Shown in pieces: positions 34,285-44,999 of a stretch of DNA of 60,144 bases. The position numbers and the translations under genes were made by a program. The notes under the pieces are model-generated. The model ran no database searches and was not told where the DNA came from. It saw only the letters and a list, made by a program, of their open reading frames with translations. Origin of the DNA: an uncultured Candidatus Saccharibacteria bacterium (lineage in GTDB: Bacteria; Patescibacteriota; WWE3; UBA101185; UBA10185); contig CAZBAJ010000006.1 in NCBI GenBank assembly GCA_964490125.1, positions 1 through 60,144 on the forward strand, in the 5' to 3' direction. The first letter of the stretch is position 1. Every line of letters begins with the position of its first letter.

Positions 34285-35994
34285 ATGTACTACACAAAAT
34301 ACCGACCACAAACATTTGCGGAAATTCAGCGACCCAACGAGATTGCCGACTCTTTACTTCAACAGATTAAAACCGGCAAAACCGTGCATGCTTACCTATT
34401 TACCGGTCCAAGGGGAGTAGGTAAAACCACCATGGCGCGTCTGTTAGCAAAGGCGGTAAATTGTACCCAATTAACCAAAGAAGGCGATGTGTGCGGAGAA
34501 TGCGAGTTTTGCCTGGGGGTGCAAAATGGGAGTCTTTTGGACCTTGTAGAAATCGATGCGGCATCAAATAGGGGAATTGACGACATTAGAGATTTGCGGG
34601 AAAAAGTCAAACTGCTACCGGCGCAGGGCAAGAAAAAAGTCTACATTATTGACGAAGTCCATATGCTCACCAACGAGGCATTTAATGCCCTCCTTAAAAC
34701 CTTAGAGGAGCCACCAAAACACGCGGTTTTTATTTTATGTACCACGGAGTTCCATAAAGTGCCAGAAACTATTAAATCGCGGTGCCAGGTTTTTAAATTT
34801 AGGCGACCGACAAAGGGTCAGATTGTGGAAAAACTTAAGCGGATTGCAACTACAGAGTCCGCTATGGAAAAAATTGCCGAAGAGGAATTTGACCGCGTGG
34901 CGACTTTGGCAGGTGGGGCATTTAGAGACGCGGAAACCATTTTGCAACAGTTTATTGAGGGTGGTCGTGGGGGAGAGAGCGGTGTTGGCGGTACGGCGGG
35001 AGGTTACGGCGATTTTATTGTCGGACTGCAGAATAACAATCCTAAAAAGTCGCTACAAGTTATTTGCGACAATTTTGACGCTGGTGCGGACTTGGCAGTT
35101 TGGACGGACGGACTTTTGCGCTATTTGCGAGACGCCCTGTACTTAAAAATGGGCTTTACAGACGATTTTTTTGCTTTAAGTGACGACGAACTGGTTCAAA
35201 GAAAATCCGTTGCGCAGGGAGTTTCGCAGGCTTGGTTGGTTAGTGCTGTGGAGATTTTTAACCAAGCGCAAAACGATTTAAAGTCGTACTCCATTCAACA
35301 GTTAGCGCTAGAGGTTGCAGTTGCCAAATTAACTATGGGCGACAATTTGGGACAGGTTACAAACGACAGACCTGTTACCCCACAAAAGTCCGATTCCAAT
35401 CAACCGGCTGGTGATAGAAAACCTTTTGAGGGTAGTAAAAAGGGAGAACAATCAACCGAGCAGGTTGGTCAAGACAGGACTAAGGAGACTAAAGATGTCC
35501 AGAATGTTAAGAAAGTCGAATCCAAGGAAGTTCCGGTGATGGAGGAGGCGTCAGCCACTGAAGATAAAGGCTCGCCAGAAATTCAACAAGCCCAACCAAA
35601 GACAATTCAAACCTGCGTTGCTCTAGAAATTGTAGAAAATCGCTGGCGGGAGGTAGTTTCCCAAGTCACAAAGATAAATAATTCCGTAGGGGCGTTGGTT
35701 AAGTCCGGCAAGCCCGTGCAAGTGGAGGAAAATAGCGTGGTTCTAGAGGTGTCGTATAAATTTCACAAAGAGCGACTTGAAAGCTCCGCCAATAAAAAAT
35801 TGGTGGAAAAAGTGTTGGAGGAGATTTTTGGCGACAAGCTGGGGTTTAGATGCACAGTCTGCCAGAGGATAGAGGTAAAAAAAGAAGGCGAGGTTGGCGA
35901 TTTAACGGATTTAAATATTAGAATTCCGCAAGACATGGTAATTACGGGCAAAACTGTGGTAACGGATGTGTTTGACGGCGGGCTCCCGCTTTAA
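34285..35994 (+). CDS. dnaX: DNA polymerase III gamma/tau
   Basis: KYRPQTF, GPRGVGKTT, EIDAASNRGIDD, IIDEVHML, SRCQ. Confidence 0.96.
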   Translation: MYYTKYRPQTFAEIQRPNEIADSLLQQIKTGKTVHAYLFTGPRGVGKTTMARLLAKAVNCTQLTKEGDVCGECEFCLGVQNGSLLDLVEIDAASNRGIDDIRDLREKVKLLPAQGKKKVYIIDEVHMLTNEAFNALLKTLEEPPKHAVFILCTTEFHKVPETIKSRCQVFKFRRPTKGQIVEKLKRIATTESAMEKIAEEEFDRVATLAGGAFRDAETILQQFIEGGRGGESGVGGTAGGYGDFIVGLQNNNPKKSLQVICDNFDAGADLAVWTDGLLRYLRDALYLKMGFTDDFFALSDDELVQRKSVAQGVSQAWLVSAVEIFNQAQNDLKSYSIQQLALEVAVAKLTMGDNLGQVTNDRPVTPQKSDSNQPAGDRKPFEGSKKGEQSTEQVGQDRTKETKDVQNVKKVESKEVPVMEEASATEDKGSPEIQQAQPKTIQTCVALEIVENRWREVVSQVTKINNSVGALVKSGKPVQVEENSVVLEVSYKFHKERLESSANKKLVEKVLEEIFGDKLGFRCTVCQRIEVKKEGEVGDLTDLNIRIPQDMVITGKTVVTDVFDGGLPL

Positions 35995-36000
35995 CCGACT

Positions 36001-36657
36001 ATGATTCCACGACCAATTCAAAGGTTAATAGACGACTTTAAGAAACTGCCAGGTATTGGACCTAAAACTGCCCAGCGATTAGCGTTTTACATTTTGCGTA
36101 TGCCAGCAACAGAAGTGGAAAAGTTCTCCCAAAATCTGACTAGGGCTAAGAGTGATGTAACAATGTGTTCGGTTTGCAAGAATATAGATGAGGCAGATCC
36201 GTGTAGTTTGTGTACAGATAATACCCGACAGGAGAATTTATTGGCTGTAGTTTCTACCCCCCTGGATTTAATTTCTATGGAGCGGGCTGGGTTTAAGGGC
36301 AAGTATCATGTTTTGCACGGAGTAATAGATCCGCTCAACGGTGTTGGACCGGAGGAGCTGTTTATTGACGATTTAGTCAGAAGGATTGAAAATTTCTTTA
36401 ATACAGGTGTGGTAAAAGATAGTTTAGAAAGCAGTGTTAGCGAGAATTCGTCAACTCTAGAAGTTTTACTTGCTCTGTCAACAAGTTTAGAAGGGGAGTC
36501 CACAGCGCTTTATATCCAAAAACTTTTGCGGGATAGATTTCCTCTCGACAAGATAAAGATTACCCGATTAGCTCGCGGTCTCCCCGTAGGTGGGGATGTA
36601 GAGTACGCCGATGAAATTACGCTATCGAAAGCTTTGGAGGGTCGTGTATTGCTTTAA
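36001..36657 (+). CDS. recR: Recombination protein RecR
   Basis: LPGIGPKTAQRLAF, C4 Zn finger, EGESTA, GLPVGGDVEY. Confidence 0.96.
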   Translation: MIPRPIQRLIDDFKKLPGIGPKTAQRLAFYILRMPATEVEKFSQNLTRAKSDVTMCSVCKNIDEADPCSLCTDNTRQENLLAVVSTPLDLISMERAGFKGKYHVLHGVIDPLNGVGPEELFIDDLVRRIENFFNTGVVKDSLESSVSENSSTLEVLLALSTSLEGESTALYIQKLLRDRFPLDKIKITRLARGLPVGGDVEYADEITLSKALEGRVLL

Positions 36658-36697
36658 GTTGCCAAAAATCCAATTTTGTATCACAATATAGTCCGTT

Positions 36698-38095
36698 ATG
36701 GCACTGCAACTTTATAACTCGCTCTCCAAACAAGTCCAAGATTTTAACTCACTTGAACCAGACACGGTAAAAATTTACACCTGCGGACCTACGGTTTACT
36801 CCTATACTACTATCGGCAATTTTAGAACCTACACACTTTCCGATTTCCTTGTTAGGACGCTAAAATTCAACAGCTACACCGTCAAACATATTATGAATCT
36901 TACGGATGTGGGGCATTTGTTGGGCGACAATTTAGGCGACGCGGATACGGGCGAGGACAGGCTGGAAGTGTCGGCCCAAAAAGAGGGTAAAAGCGTAAAA
37001 GAAATTGTAAGTTTTTATACCCAGCAATTTATGGTCGACTATGAAAAGCTAAACCTGACCAAGCCAGAAAAATTTACCCCGGCTACCCAATACATAAAAG
37101 AGCAAATTGACTTGGTAAGACGGCTTAAAGAAAAGGGTTTTACTTATACCATTGACGACGGCGTGTATTTTGACACCTCCAAATTTAAGGATTACGGTCA
37201 TCTTTCCGGCAACACGGAGGAAAGTGTAAAGGAAGGCGCCAGAGTGGAGCCAAATCCGCAAAAAAAACACCCGCAGGATTTTGCTTTATGGAAGCTTTCT
37301 CCTGCCTATTCAACCCGCTGGCAGGAGTGGGATTCTCCTTGGGGTAAGGGTTTTCCTGGTTGGCATCTGGAATGTTCCGCTATGATTTTTAAGGAATTAG
37401 GTGAGCAAATTGATGTTCATGTGGGCGGGGAAGACCTAAAAATGATCCATCACCAAAACGAGATTGCGCAGGCGGAGGCGGTTACGGGCAAAAAATTTGT
37501 TCAGTATTGGATTCATGGGGCTTTTTTGCAGGTTGACGGGGGGAGAATGGGCAAAAGCTTGGGCAACGCCTATACGCTTTCCGATTTGGAGTCAAAAAAG
37601 TTCCTTCCAATGTCGCTTAGATATTTGTACATGACAGGTCACTACCGCAAACCGCTAAATTTTACCTGGGAAGCCCTTACCAGTGCGCAAAACTCTCTAA
37701 AAAAGCTGTACGAGGCTATGGCATCATACAATATTTCTAAGGACTCGCGGGGTTTGGTGTCGGACGACTTTGTGCAAAAGTTTAACCGGGCGATAAGTGA
37801 CGATTTAAATATGCCAAAAGCCCTCTCCGTGGCTTGGGATGTGGTTAAAAGCGAGCTGGATGAAGATATTAAAGTGGCAACGCTACTAAAGTTTGACGAG
37901 GTTTTAGGCTTGGGGTTTGACGAATTAGTGGGTTTTGAGGTTCCCAAAGAGGTTGACGATTTAGCCCGCACGCGATGGGAATATAAAAAGGTTGGTATTT
38001 GGGACAAGGCGGACTTTATTCGTCGCCAAATTGACGAGATGGGTTTTACGGTGGACGACTCGCCGACGGGGTATAGGGTGAAGAAGAAGTTTTAA
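36698..38095 (+). CDS. cysS: Cysteinyl-tRNA synthetase
   Basis: YTCGPTVY, TIGN, GFPGWHLECSAM, HHQNEIAQ, RMGKS. Confidence 0.96.
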   Translation: MALQLYNSLSKQVQDFNSLEPDTVKIYTCGPTVYSYTTIGNFRTYTLSDFLVRTLKFNSYTVKHIMNLTDVGHLLGDNLGDADTGEDRLEVSAQKEGKSVKEIVSFYTQQFMVDYEKLNLTKPEKFTPATQYIKEQIDLVRRLKEKGFTYTIDDGVYFDTSKFKDYGHLSGNTEESVKEGARVEPNPQKKHPQDFALWKLSPAYSTRWQEWDSPWGKGFPGWHLECSAMIFKELGEQIDVHVGGEDLKMIHHQNEIAQAEAVTGKKFVQYWIHGAFLQVDGGRMGKSLGNAYTLSDLESKKFLPMSLRYLYMTGHYRKPLNFTWEALTSAQNSLKKLYEAMASYNISKDSRGLVSDDFVQKFNRAISDDLNMPKALSVAWDVVKSELDEDIKVATLLKFDEVLGLGFDELVGFEVPKEVDDLARTRWEYKKVGIWDKADFIRRQIDEMGFTVDDSPTGYRVKKKF

Positions 38096-38343
38096 AGCTA
38101 GCGGTTTTCATTTGTACTGCATCTGCAATCTCGTCTGGGTAATGATTACGCGTAATCTTAGGTAACGATAACCGTCATAGAGTTGCTCTAGAAGCATATT
38201 CCCGCTATTGCATTTAGGTAATGAATAATGGGAATGATTTTATGTTGCCAAGTCTAGTTTTTAATGTATTGCAATTGAATTGCATTTGCAATCTAAACGC
38301 AATACGATCAAATTTCCCTCCCCAGGAGATGTAAAGGAATATT

Positions 38344-39039
38344 TTGCCTAAATCCTCTATAATTCCGTCCATGTTAGATAAAAAACCTCAAATGCCAAAG
38401 CTGGTTTGGGTAGGTATCGGTATTAATTTTATGTTGGACGACCCTTGTTACAAGGAGTTTTTCCAACTAAACCGCTTTTTAGTTGACAACCGTGGAAGTA
38501 CCTTCGTATTTAATGCCGTAACTAACCAGCCCCACCTCAACCTTTACGATGCTGATGTTCCTCGTGACAATCTTGCCGATATCAAAGTCGCGCTCCAACA
38601 AGTCGCACAGACAGCCAAGCCTTTTATATTTCAGTTGGACAAGTTTGATTGTTTTGACTTTGGGACAATTTTTGCTTCCTGTGTTCAGACGGAGGAATTG
38701 AGCCGGCTAGAAAAAGTAATCGTTGAGAGTATAACAAGCTTTAGGGATGGTTGCAGAACAGAGTACTACTGGAAACCCGGGAGGAAGTATACCCAAGCTC
38801 AAATTGAAAATAGGGCAAAATACGGAAATCCTTTTGTTTTGGACACATTTTTGCCACACATTACCGTTGGGTTTATAAAAGCAGGTAAGCAAAGACTTAA
38901 TGACATTATTGACGAGGTAGGACACAAATTTTCCGTCAAGCAGTTTGAATGTAATCGGTTGGATTTAGTTGTCCACGATGAGTTCGGAAAACTTATAAGT
39001 CAAAGCAGATTTAAATTTGTACAGGGGGATGGGCTGTGA
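38344..39039 (+). CDS. 2H phosphoesterase (2'-5' RNA ligase-like) superfamily protein
   Basis: Two Hx(T/N) motifs: PHLNL and PHITV. Confidence 0.65.
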   Translation: MPKSSIIPSMLDKKPQMPKLVWVGIGINFMLDDPCYKEFFQLNRFLVDNRGSTFVFNAVTNQPHLNLYDADVPRDNLADIKVALQQVAQTAKPFIFQLDKFDCFDFGTIFASCVQTEELSRLEKVIVESITSFRDGCRTEYYWKPGRKYTQAQIENRAKYGNPFVLDTFLPHITVGFIKAGKQRLNDIIDEVGHKFSVKQFECNRLDLVVHDEFGKLISQSRFKFVQGDGL

Positions 39040-40148
39040 ATTTAAGTTTAGGGATCATTGGACTTCCTAATGTCGGCAAGTCTACTTTGTTTAACGCGCT
39101 GTTAAAAAAACAGGCGGCGTTGGTTGCTAATTATCCTTTTGCTACCATTGAGCCAAATGTGGGTGTGGTAGATGTTCCGGACGAACGGTTGCAGGGGCTT
39201 GTAGAAGTCGTCCAAAACGATTTTGGACAGAGAGTGGGGGATAGGGAAGTGCCTCAAAAAATTATTCCCGCCACGGTTAAGTTTTATGACATTGCGGGCC
39301 TGGTTAAGGGCGCGCACAAAGGTGAGGGTTTGGGCAATGAATTTTTGGGACACATTAGAGAGGTTGACGCTTTGGTGCATGTTCTGCGCGACTTTGCGGA
39401 TGACAATATAATCCGTTCTGGCGCGGTAAATCCGGTGGAGGACAAAGAGACAATCGAGACGGAGCTTGTATTGGCGGACATTTCTATTCTGGATAGAATA
39501 TTGCGTAACGCCAAGGACGAAGCCAGGTCAAGAACCGCGGAGGCACTTTTGCGGGTGGAAGTATTAGAAAACTTGCGCCAAATTTTGGATCAAGGGAAAC
39601 CTGCCAGAGGTGTCGAGTTGTCACAAAAAGAGCAGGACGCCATAAGAGGAATCAATTTACTCACCAGAAAACCTATGATTTATGTCTACAATGTGGCGGA
39701 AGAGGATTTGAGTAAATTAATGTTACAAGATAATGCATTAGGCTTTAAAGACAGCGTATACATAAGTGCCAAGATTGAGTCGGAAATTTGTTCATTACCT
39801 TTGGAGGAGCAGGAGGAGTATCTAAAATCCTTGGGAATGCAAGAACCCGGCTTAAATAGATTAATAAACTTGGGTTACAAGGTTTTGGGTTTGCAAAGTT
39901 TTCTTACCGCCGGTCCAAAAGAGGTTAGAGCCTGGACAGTAAGGCAAGAAGCCAAAGCCCCGGAGGCTGCGGGCGTAATTCACACCGATTTTGAGCGAGG
40001 TTTTATAGGCGCGGATATTATTTCTTATGTCGACCTGATGAAGGTAAAAAGCTTTAAGAAAGCCAAGGAACAGGGTCTTATTAGACTAGAGGGGCGTAAC
40101 TACAGCATGCAGGACGGGGATGTGGTTGAATTTAGGTTTAATGTCTGA
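39036..40148 (+). CDS. ychF: Ribosome-binding ATPase YchF
   Basis: GLPNVGKSTLFNAL, NYPFATIEPN, DIAGLVKG, IHTDFERGFI. Confidence 0.97.
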   Translation: MNLSLGIIGLPNVGKSTLFNALLKKQAALVANYPFATIEPNVGVVDVPDERLQGLVEVVQNDFGQRVGDREVPQKIIPATVKFYDIAGLVKGAHKGEGLGNEFLGHIREVDALVHVLRDFADDNIIRSGAVNPVEDKETIETELVLADISILDRILRNAKDEARSRTAEALLRVEVLENLRQILDQGKPARGVELSQKEQDAIRGINLLTRKPMIYVYNVAEEDLSKLMLQDNALGFKDSVYISAKIESEICSLPLEEQEEYLKSLGMQEPGLNRLINLGYKVLGLQSFLTAGPKEVRAWTVRQEAKAPEAAGVIHTDFERGFIGADIISYVDLMKVKSFKKAKEQGLIRLEGRNYSMQDGDVVEFRFNV

Positions 40149-40324
40149 TAATATAGCCCGTTACTTGGGCAAATTCTATTCAGATTAGAGACAACTATCT
40201 AGACTAAATCTGAAATTTGTGCCATAGTGTCTGTGCCATTCGGGAGCAAGGTATATAGTCAATCAACGACTGCGCTGTGGCGTCACACTTCCCGTTCGGC
40301 GTTTTAAAAAGTCAAAAATAAACT

Positions 40325-40648
40325 ATGAAAAGATACGAAACAATGTTAATAGCCAAGGGCAAGTTGAGTGAGGAAAGCGCTAGAAGCCTTTCTAATTCAA
40401 CCAAAGATTTACTAGCCACCAGTGGTGCCAGAGTGTTAAACAGCAATTTTTGGGGTAAGCGTAAATTTGCCTACGAGATAAAGGGCGCAACGGAGGGTTG
40501 GTACGATGTCATTCAGTTTGAAGCCGAAGAACCTGTTATTTCCAAATTGAAGCAAAAACTTAACATTGTTGACGACCTTGTTAGGTACATAGTAATTATT
40601 TTGGCTGATGAGCCTGTAAATGGAGGAAAAAATGGCAAGAAGTCTTAA
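40325..40648 (+). CDS. rpsF: 30S ribosomal protein S6
   Basis: RYETMLI, WGKRKFAYEI, LVRYIV; rpsF-ssb-rpsR order. Confidence 0.93.
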   Translation: MKRYETMLIAKGKLSEESARSLSNSTKDLLATSGARVLNSNFWGKRKFAYEIKGATEGWYDVIQFEAEEPVISKLKQKLNIVDDLVRYIVIILADEPVNGGKNGKKS

Positions 40649-41099
40649 TAAGGTTATTCTTATTGGTAATTTAACAAGGGATGTGGACTTAAAGTACACG
40701 CCTCAAAGTACGCCTATAGCAGCTTTTGGTTTGGCGACAAATAGGCAGTGGAAGGTCGACAATCAAGTCAAGGAAGCCACAGAGTTTCATAACATTGTGG
40801 CGTGGAATAAACTGGCAGAGCTTTGCAACCAACTTTTGGTTAAAGGTTCCAGGGTGTATGTAGAGGGTAGGATTCAGAATAGGGATTGGGTTGATCAAAC
40901 CGGCAACAAGCACTATAGAACAGAAATCGTTATTGACGAAATGATTTATTTGGGTGGTAAGTCAAAATCCGGTGCATCGCTTGATGAAGTTGCAGGAAGT
41001 AGTCAAATAGATTCTGCTCCAGCCCCAACCGCTTCCGATGACCTAACGGATCTAAATATTGACGATGTTTTAGCTCAAGATTCTGTAGAGGATAAGTAA
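40632..41099 (+). CDS. ssb: Single-stranded DNA-binding protein
   Basis: LNKVILIGNLTRD, KGSRVYVEGRI. Confidence 0.95.
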   Translation: MARSLNKVILIGNLTRDVDLKYTPQSTPIAAFGLATNRQWKVDNQVKEATEFHNIVAWNKLAELCNQLLVKGSRVYVEGRIQNRDWVDQTGNKHYRTEIVIDEMIYLGGKSKSGASLDEVAGSSQIDSAPAPTASDDLTDLNIDDVLAQDSVEDK

Positions 41100-41101
41100 T
41101 T

Positions 41102-41308
41102 ATGGCAATGTCAACCGACAAAAAACTAGTAAGCGTGCCTGACTACAAAGAACCTTTAGCGTTAAAAAGGTTTATTACCGATCGTGGAAAGCTCCTGCCC
41201 ATAAAAAAGACAGGTCTTACGGCAAAAATGCAAAAAGAAGTTGCCCGCCAGGTTAAGCGGGCGCGCTTTATGGCACTTTTGCCGTACACGGATAGACACG
41301 CTTTGTAG
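41102..41308 (+). CDS. rpsR: 30S ribosomal protein S18
   Basis: DYKEPLALKRFITDRGK, KRARFMALLPY. Confidence 0.94.
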   Translation: MAMSTDKKLVSVPDYKEPLALKRFITDRGKLLPIKKTGLTAKMQKEVARQVKRARFMALLPYTDRHAL

Positions 41309-41330
41309 GGTGTGGTTTAATCTTTGGGTT

Positions 41331-42566
41331 ATGAACTCCGCATTCAAAAAATTTCAGCTTGGGTTGTTTGTGTTGCTTTTTGCAGGTTCTACTTTTTTTG
41401 GCGGACTATACTTGGGTAAACGGGGTTATCAGGTTGACATCAAAAGAAATCCTCCAAAAGTCGAGTTTATAAATAAAGCGCCAGATGCACAAAAAGTAGA
41501 CTTCTCGCTTTTTTGGCAGGCTTGGGATCAAGTATCAGCCGACTATTTAAACAGACCCGTTGATCCTAAAAAAATGTTGTATGGGGCAATTAGCGGGATG
41601 GTGGAGTCTTTAGGCGATCCGTACACCTCGTTTTTGCCACCAGATGTCAATAAGGTTGTGACAAATTCTCTAAACGGTTCTTACGAAGGCGTCGGTATGG
41701 AACTGGGGATTAAAGATGGTCAGTTAATAGTGGTGGCGCCTTTGGACGGTTCACCGGCAAAGTCGGCAGGCATTATGGCGGGCGACAAGATTTTGGAGAT
41801 TGAAGGCGTTAGTACCGCCGGCATAACCGTAACAGAGGCGGTGTCAAAAATCCGTGGCGAGGCAGGGACGCTTTCCACATTAAGAATTCAGCGCGACCTT
41901 ATAGAACCGTTTATTAAAACCGTCAAACGGGAAAAAATAACAGTAGCTAGTGTGACTTGGGAAGACAAAGGACAAGGTACCGCCTACATTAGGGTTAGTA
42001 GGTTTGGTGCGGATACTAACGGTGATTGGGATAATGTGGTAAAAGAAGTTAATGTTAAAATGCGTGAGCTGGACTCCATCGTTTTGGATTTACGAGGAAA
42101 CCCGGGCGGGTATTTACAGTCGGCAGTACATATTGCCAGCGATTTTTATACCAGTAAGCCCGTGTTATACGAGGAAACCGCGCTGGGAGAGCAGTTGCCG
42201 TTTAACGCTCAAGGAACGCCGGATTTTGCCAGGATTCCGGTTTTTATTTTAATCGACGGGGGTAGCGCGTCGGCAAGTGAGATACTTGCCTCCGCGCTCA
42301 AAGAAAATATTGACGCAGTGCTTGTAGGTCAGCAATCCTTTGGTAAAGGCACGATTCAGGACGCCAAAGAATTTAAGGATGGCTCCGGGCTGCACATTAC
42401 CATTGCCAAGTGGCTCACAAGTCAAAAAAAGTGGGTGGGCGACAAAGGTGAGAACGGCAAAATCGGTTTGGCGCCGGACGAAGTAGTGGAAATTACCACG
42501 GATGATATTAACGCCCAAAAGGACCCCCAGCTGGACAAAGTGTTAGAGTTAGCATCAAAGTACTAG
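41331..42566 (+). CDS. C-terminal processing peptidase S41
   Basis: LGDPYTSF, PDZ, LDLRGNPGG, SASASEI, FGKGTIQ. Confidence 0.92.
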   Translation: MNSAFKKFQLGLFVLLFAGSTFFGGLYLGKRGYQVDIKRNPPKVEFINKAPDAQKVDFSLFWQAWDQVSADYLNRPVDPKKMLYGAISGMVESLGDPYTSFLPPDVNKVVTNSLNGSYEGVGMELGIKDGQLIVVAPLDGSPAKSAGIMAGDKILEIEGVSTAGITVTEAVSKIRGEAGTLSTLRIQRDLIEPFIKTVKREKITVASVTWEDKGQGTAYIRVSRFGADTNGDWDNVVKEVNVKMRELDSIVLDLRGNPGGYLQSAVHIASDFYTSKPVLYEETALGEQLPFNAQGTPDFARIPVFILIDGGSASASEILASALKENIDAVLVGQQSFGKGTIQDAKEFKDGSGLHITIAKWLTSQKKWVGDKGENGKIGLAPDEVVEITTDDINAQKDPQLDKVLELASKY

Positions 42567-42674
42567 ATTTTGTTAAAGTACACGATGATAAGTAAGTCGT
42601 AGTTTCTAAGTCAGTCCTAAGTTTGGTTGCTGCAGTATTGGAAGGAGTCTTGCGCATAGGTGTAAAATATAACC

Positions 42675-43859
42675 ATGTCAGATATATCACAAGAACAGAA
42701 GTCAACCAAAAAAGTTAGCGGAATTCTGTATTTCGTTTTGTTCGTCCTTATTATTCTTTTAGCGGGCGACATTTTTGGTTCTCACAGGGCGCGCATTGGC
42801 AATTCTCTAATCCAAAAGTGGCATCAAATCCAACAAAAATTGGGGCTTAATCTTAAAGTCGACCAAAAACAGCCATACAGCCAAAATTTTGTCACGCAGG
42901 AGGTTGTGCAGGAGGAGTCGCAAGTAATTAATGTGGTGGACAAAGTTTCGCCCGCGGTGGTTTCTGTGGTGGTAAAAACTGTGGATTTTGACTATTTTAG
43001 TGGTCCAACTACTGATGAATCGGGTATTGGTACGGGCTTTATTGTGGACGCGGGTGGGCTTATAGTTACTAACAGTCATGTGGTTGACAATGTAAACGGG
43101 GAATATTCCGTGGTGCTTAAAGACGGCACCAATTACGAAGTGGACAAAATTCATTTGGATCAGCAGAACGACCTAGCGATTTTAGAAGTTACGGCGCGGG
43201 ATTTGCCGGTTGTAGAACTTGGCGACTCTGATAAATTAAAAATAGGGCAAAAAGCTATTGCTATAGGCAACGCGCTTGGACAGTTTCAAAATACCGTTAC
43301 GGTTGGGGTGGTTTCCGGCATCGGTAGGAGCATTACGGCAGGTAACGGGTTTGGTTTAGACACCAAAACTTACGAAAGTGTTATCCAAACCGACGCAGCA
43401 ATTAATCCAGGCAATTCGGGCGGTCCTTTGTTAAATATTGCGGGACAGGTTATTGGTATAAATGTGGCAACTTCTAGTGGAGCCGACAATATTTCCTTTG
43501 CCATTCCTGTCAACCAACTAAAACCCGTGCTGGAAGGTTTTGTTAAAGAGGGTCGCATTGTAAAGCCCTATCTTGGCGTGTCGTACACTATGATTAGTAA
43601 GGAAATTGCAACAATTAGGCGACTACCAGAAGGTGCGTTTGTGTCCCGTGTTGCCAAGGATACGCCCGCGGACAAAGCCGGTTTGCAACGGGGCGACATT
43701 ATAACTAAATTCAACGGCAAAGATTTAAATGTAGGGCATTCGCTAAGTCAGGCAATATCTAAGCAAAAAGTGGGCGACGAGGTTACTTTGACGATTGATA
43801 GAAGCGGAAAAACCCAGGAACTAAAAGCCACTTTGGCGGAGATGCCACAGGAATTGTAA
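42675..43859 (+). CDS. HtrA/DegP-like serine protease with PDZ
   Basis: GTGFIV, TNSHVV, QTDAAINPGNSGGPL. Confidence 0.93.
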   Translation: MSDISQEQKSTKKVSGILYFVLFVLIILLAGDIFGSHRARIGNSLIQKWHQIQQKLGLNLKVDQKQPYSQNFVTQEVVQEESQVINVVDKVSPAVVSVVVKTVDFDYFSGPTTDESGIGTGFIVDAGGLIVTNSHVVDNVNGEYSVVLKDGTNYEVDKIHLDQQNDLAILEVTARDLPVVELGDSDKLKIGQKAIAIGNALGQFQNTVTVGVVSGIGRSITAGNGFGLDTKTYESVIQTDAAINPGNSGGPLLNIAGQVIGINVATSSGADNISFAIPVNQLKPVLEGFVKEGRIVKPYLGVSYTMISKEIATIRRLPEGAFVSRVAKDTPADKAGLQRGDIITKFNGKDLNVGHSLSQAISKQKVGDEVTLTIDRSGKTQELKATLAEMPQEL

Positions 43860-43863
43860 GGAC

Positions 43864-44013
43864 ATGCTAAGAAGATCTCCAAGCGTAAAACTAACGCCTG
43901 AAAAAATCCTTAAGGGTCAAAAAGCCCTAGGGGAAATCAATGTAATTAACCGTGGCAAATCCAAATTGGATGATCAAACTATACTTGATTGGATCAGAGA
44001 GGGTAGGAGATGA
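43864..44013 (+). CDS. 49-aa hypothetical protein coupled to prfA, not in the ORF track
   Basis: [49 protein letters not shown]; ATGA overlap with the prfA start. Confidence 0.5.
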   Translation: MLRRSPSVKLTPEKILKGQKALGEINVINRGKSKLDDQTILDWIREGRR

Positions 44014-44987
44014 GTGGCATAAACCCAAAAGATCAGCTTAGCGGACAGTTGGATAGATTAAACCGCCAAGTTGAGGAAATTACTACTCAACAAAAACAAG
44101 AAGCGGACAACCAGCTAAAAGCCATGTTCGACGAGGAGGTTGACACACTTAAAAAGGAAATTTCCGCGTTAGAAGAATCCTTAAAGGTTATGGCGGGGGA
44201 TTATTCTGCAGGCGCCCAGCATGATGATCAAGCGGGTGGGGCAGGGGAGGTCAGCCCAAATATCGCCATTTTAGAAGTACGACCGGGTACGGGCGGAGAT
44301 GAAGCGTCACTCTTTGCCGGGGAATTATTTGAAATGTATACCAGGTACGCTGAAAAATCCGGCTGGAAAACAGAAATTATTAACATGACAGAGGGTAACG
44401 CTGGTGGGGTTAAGTTGGCCACAGCGGAGTTAAAAGGTTCAAACGCCTACGCGCTACTTAAAAACGAATCAGGCGTACATAGGGTTCAGCGCGTGCCTGT
44501 AACGGAGGCTGGTGGACGGATTCACACTTCCACGGCAACAGTTGCTGTTCTTCCAGTTGTCACAAAAGTAGAAATAGAAATTAAGCCGGACGACTTGAAA
44601 TGGGATTTTTTTAGAGCGGGCGGACACGGCGGGCAAAATGTCAACAAAGTCTCTACAGCAGTACGACTCACACATATTCCCACAGGGATTGTAATTGAGT
44701 GCCAGGAAGAGCGATTTCAAGGGAAAAACCGCGAGAAGGCCCTGTCAATATTAAAATCCAGACTTTACACCGAGATGCAGGAACAGCAAGTAGGGTCAAT
44801 TTCACAAATACGAGCCTCGCAAGTGGGTACAGGCGACAGGGTGGAGAAAATCCGCACCTATAACTTTCCGCAGGACAGGGTAACCGATCATCGTGTTAAA
44901 GAATCTTGGCACAATATCCCGTCAATTTTAGCAGGCAACATAGATGACATACTTAGTCATATTGACAGTAAAGAGTCCAGCAACTAA
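44010..44987 (+). CDS. prfA: Peptide chain release factor 1
   Basis: [52 protein letters not shown]. Confidence 0.95.
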   Translation: MSGINPKDQLSGQLDRLNRQVEEITTQQKQEADNQLKAMFDEEVDTLKKEISALEESLKVMAGDYSAGAQHDDQAGGAGEVSPNIAILEVRPGTGGDEASLFAGELFEMYTRYAEKSGWKTEIINMTEGNAGGVKLATAELKGSNAYALLKNESGVHRVQRVPVTEAGGRIHTSTATVAVLPVVTKVEIEIKPDDLKWDFFRAGGHGGQNVNKVSTAVRLTHIPTGIVIECQEERFQGKNREKALSILKSRLYTEMQEQQVGSISQIRASQVGTGDRVEKIRTYNFPQDRVTDHRVKESWHNIPSILAGNIDDILSHIDSKESSN

Positions 44988-44999
44988 TATTCTTTCAAC

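Noticed and set aside
38100-38340. Palindromes and ATTGC repeats between cysS and the 2H gene
   Set aside because: Short and AT-rich, not repeated elsewhere in the window; cannot be distinguished from chance.
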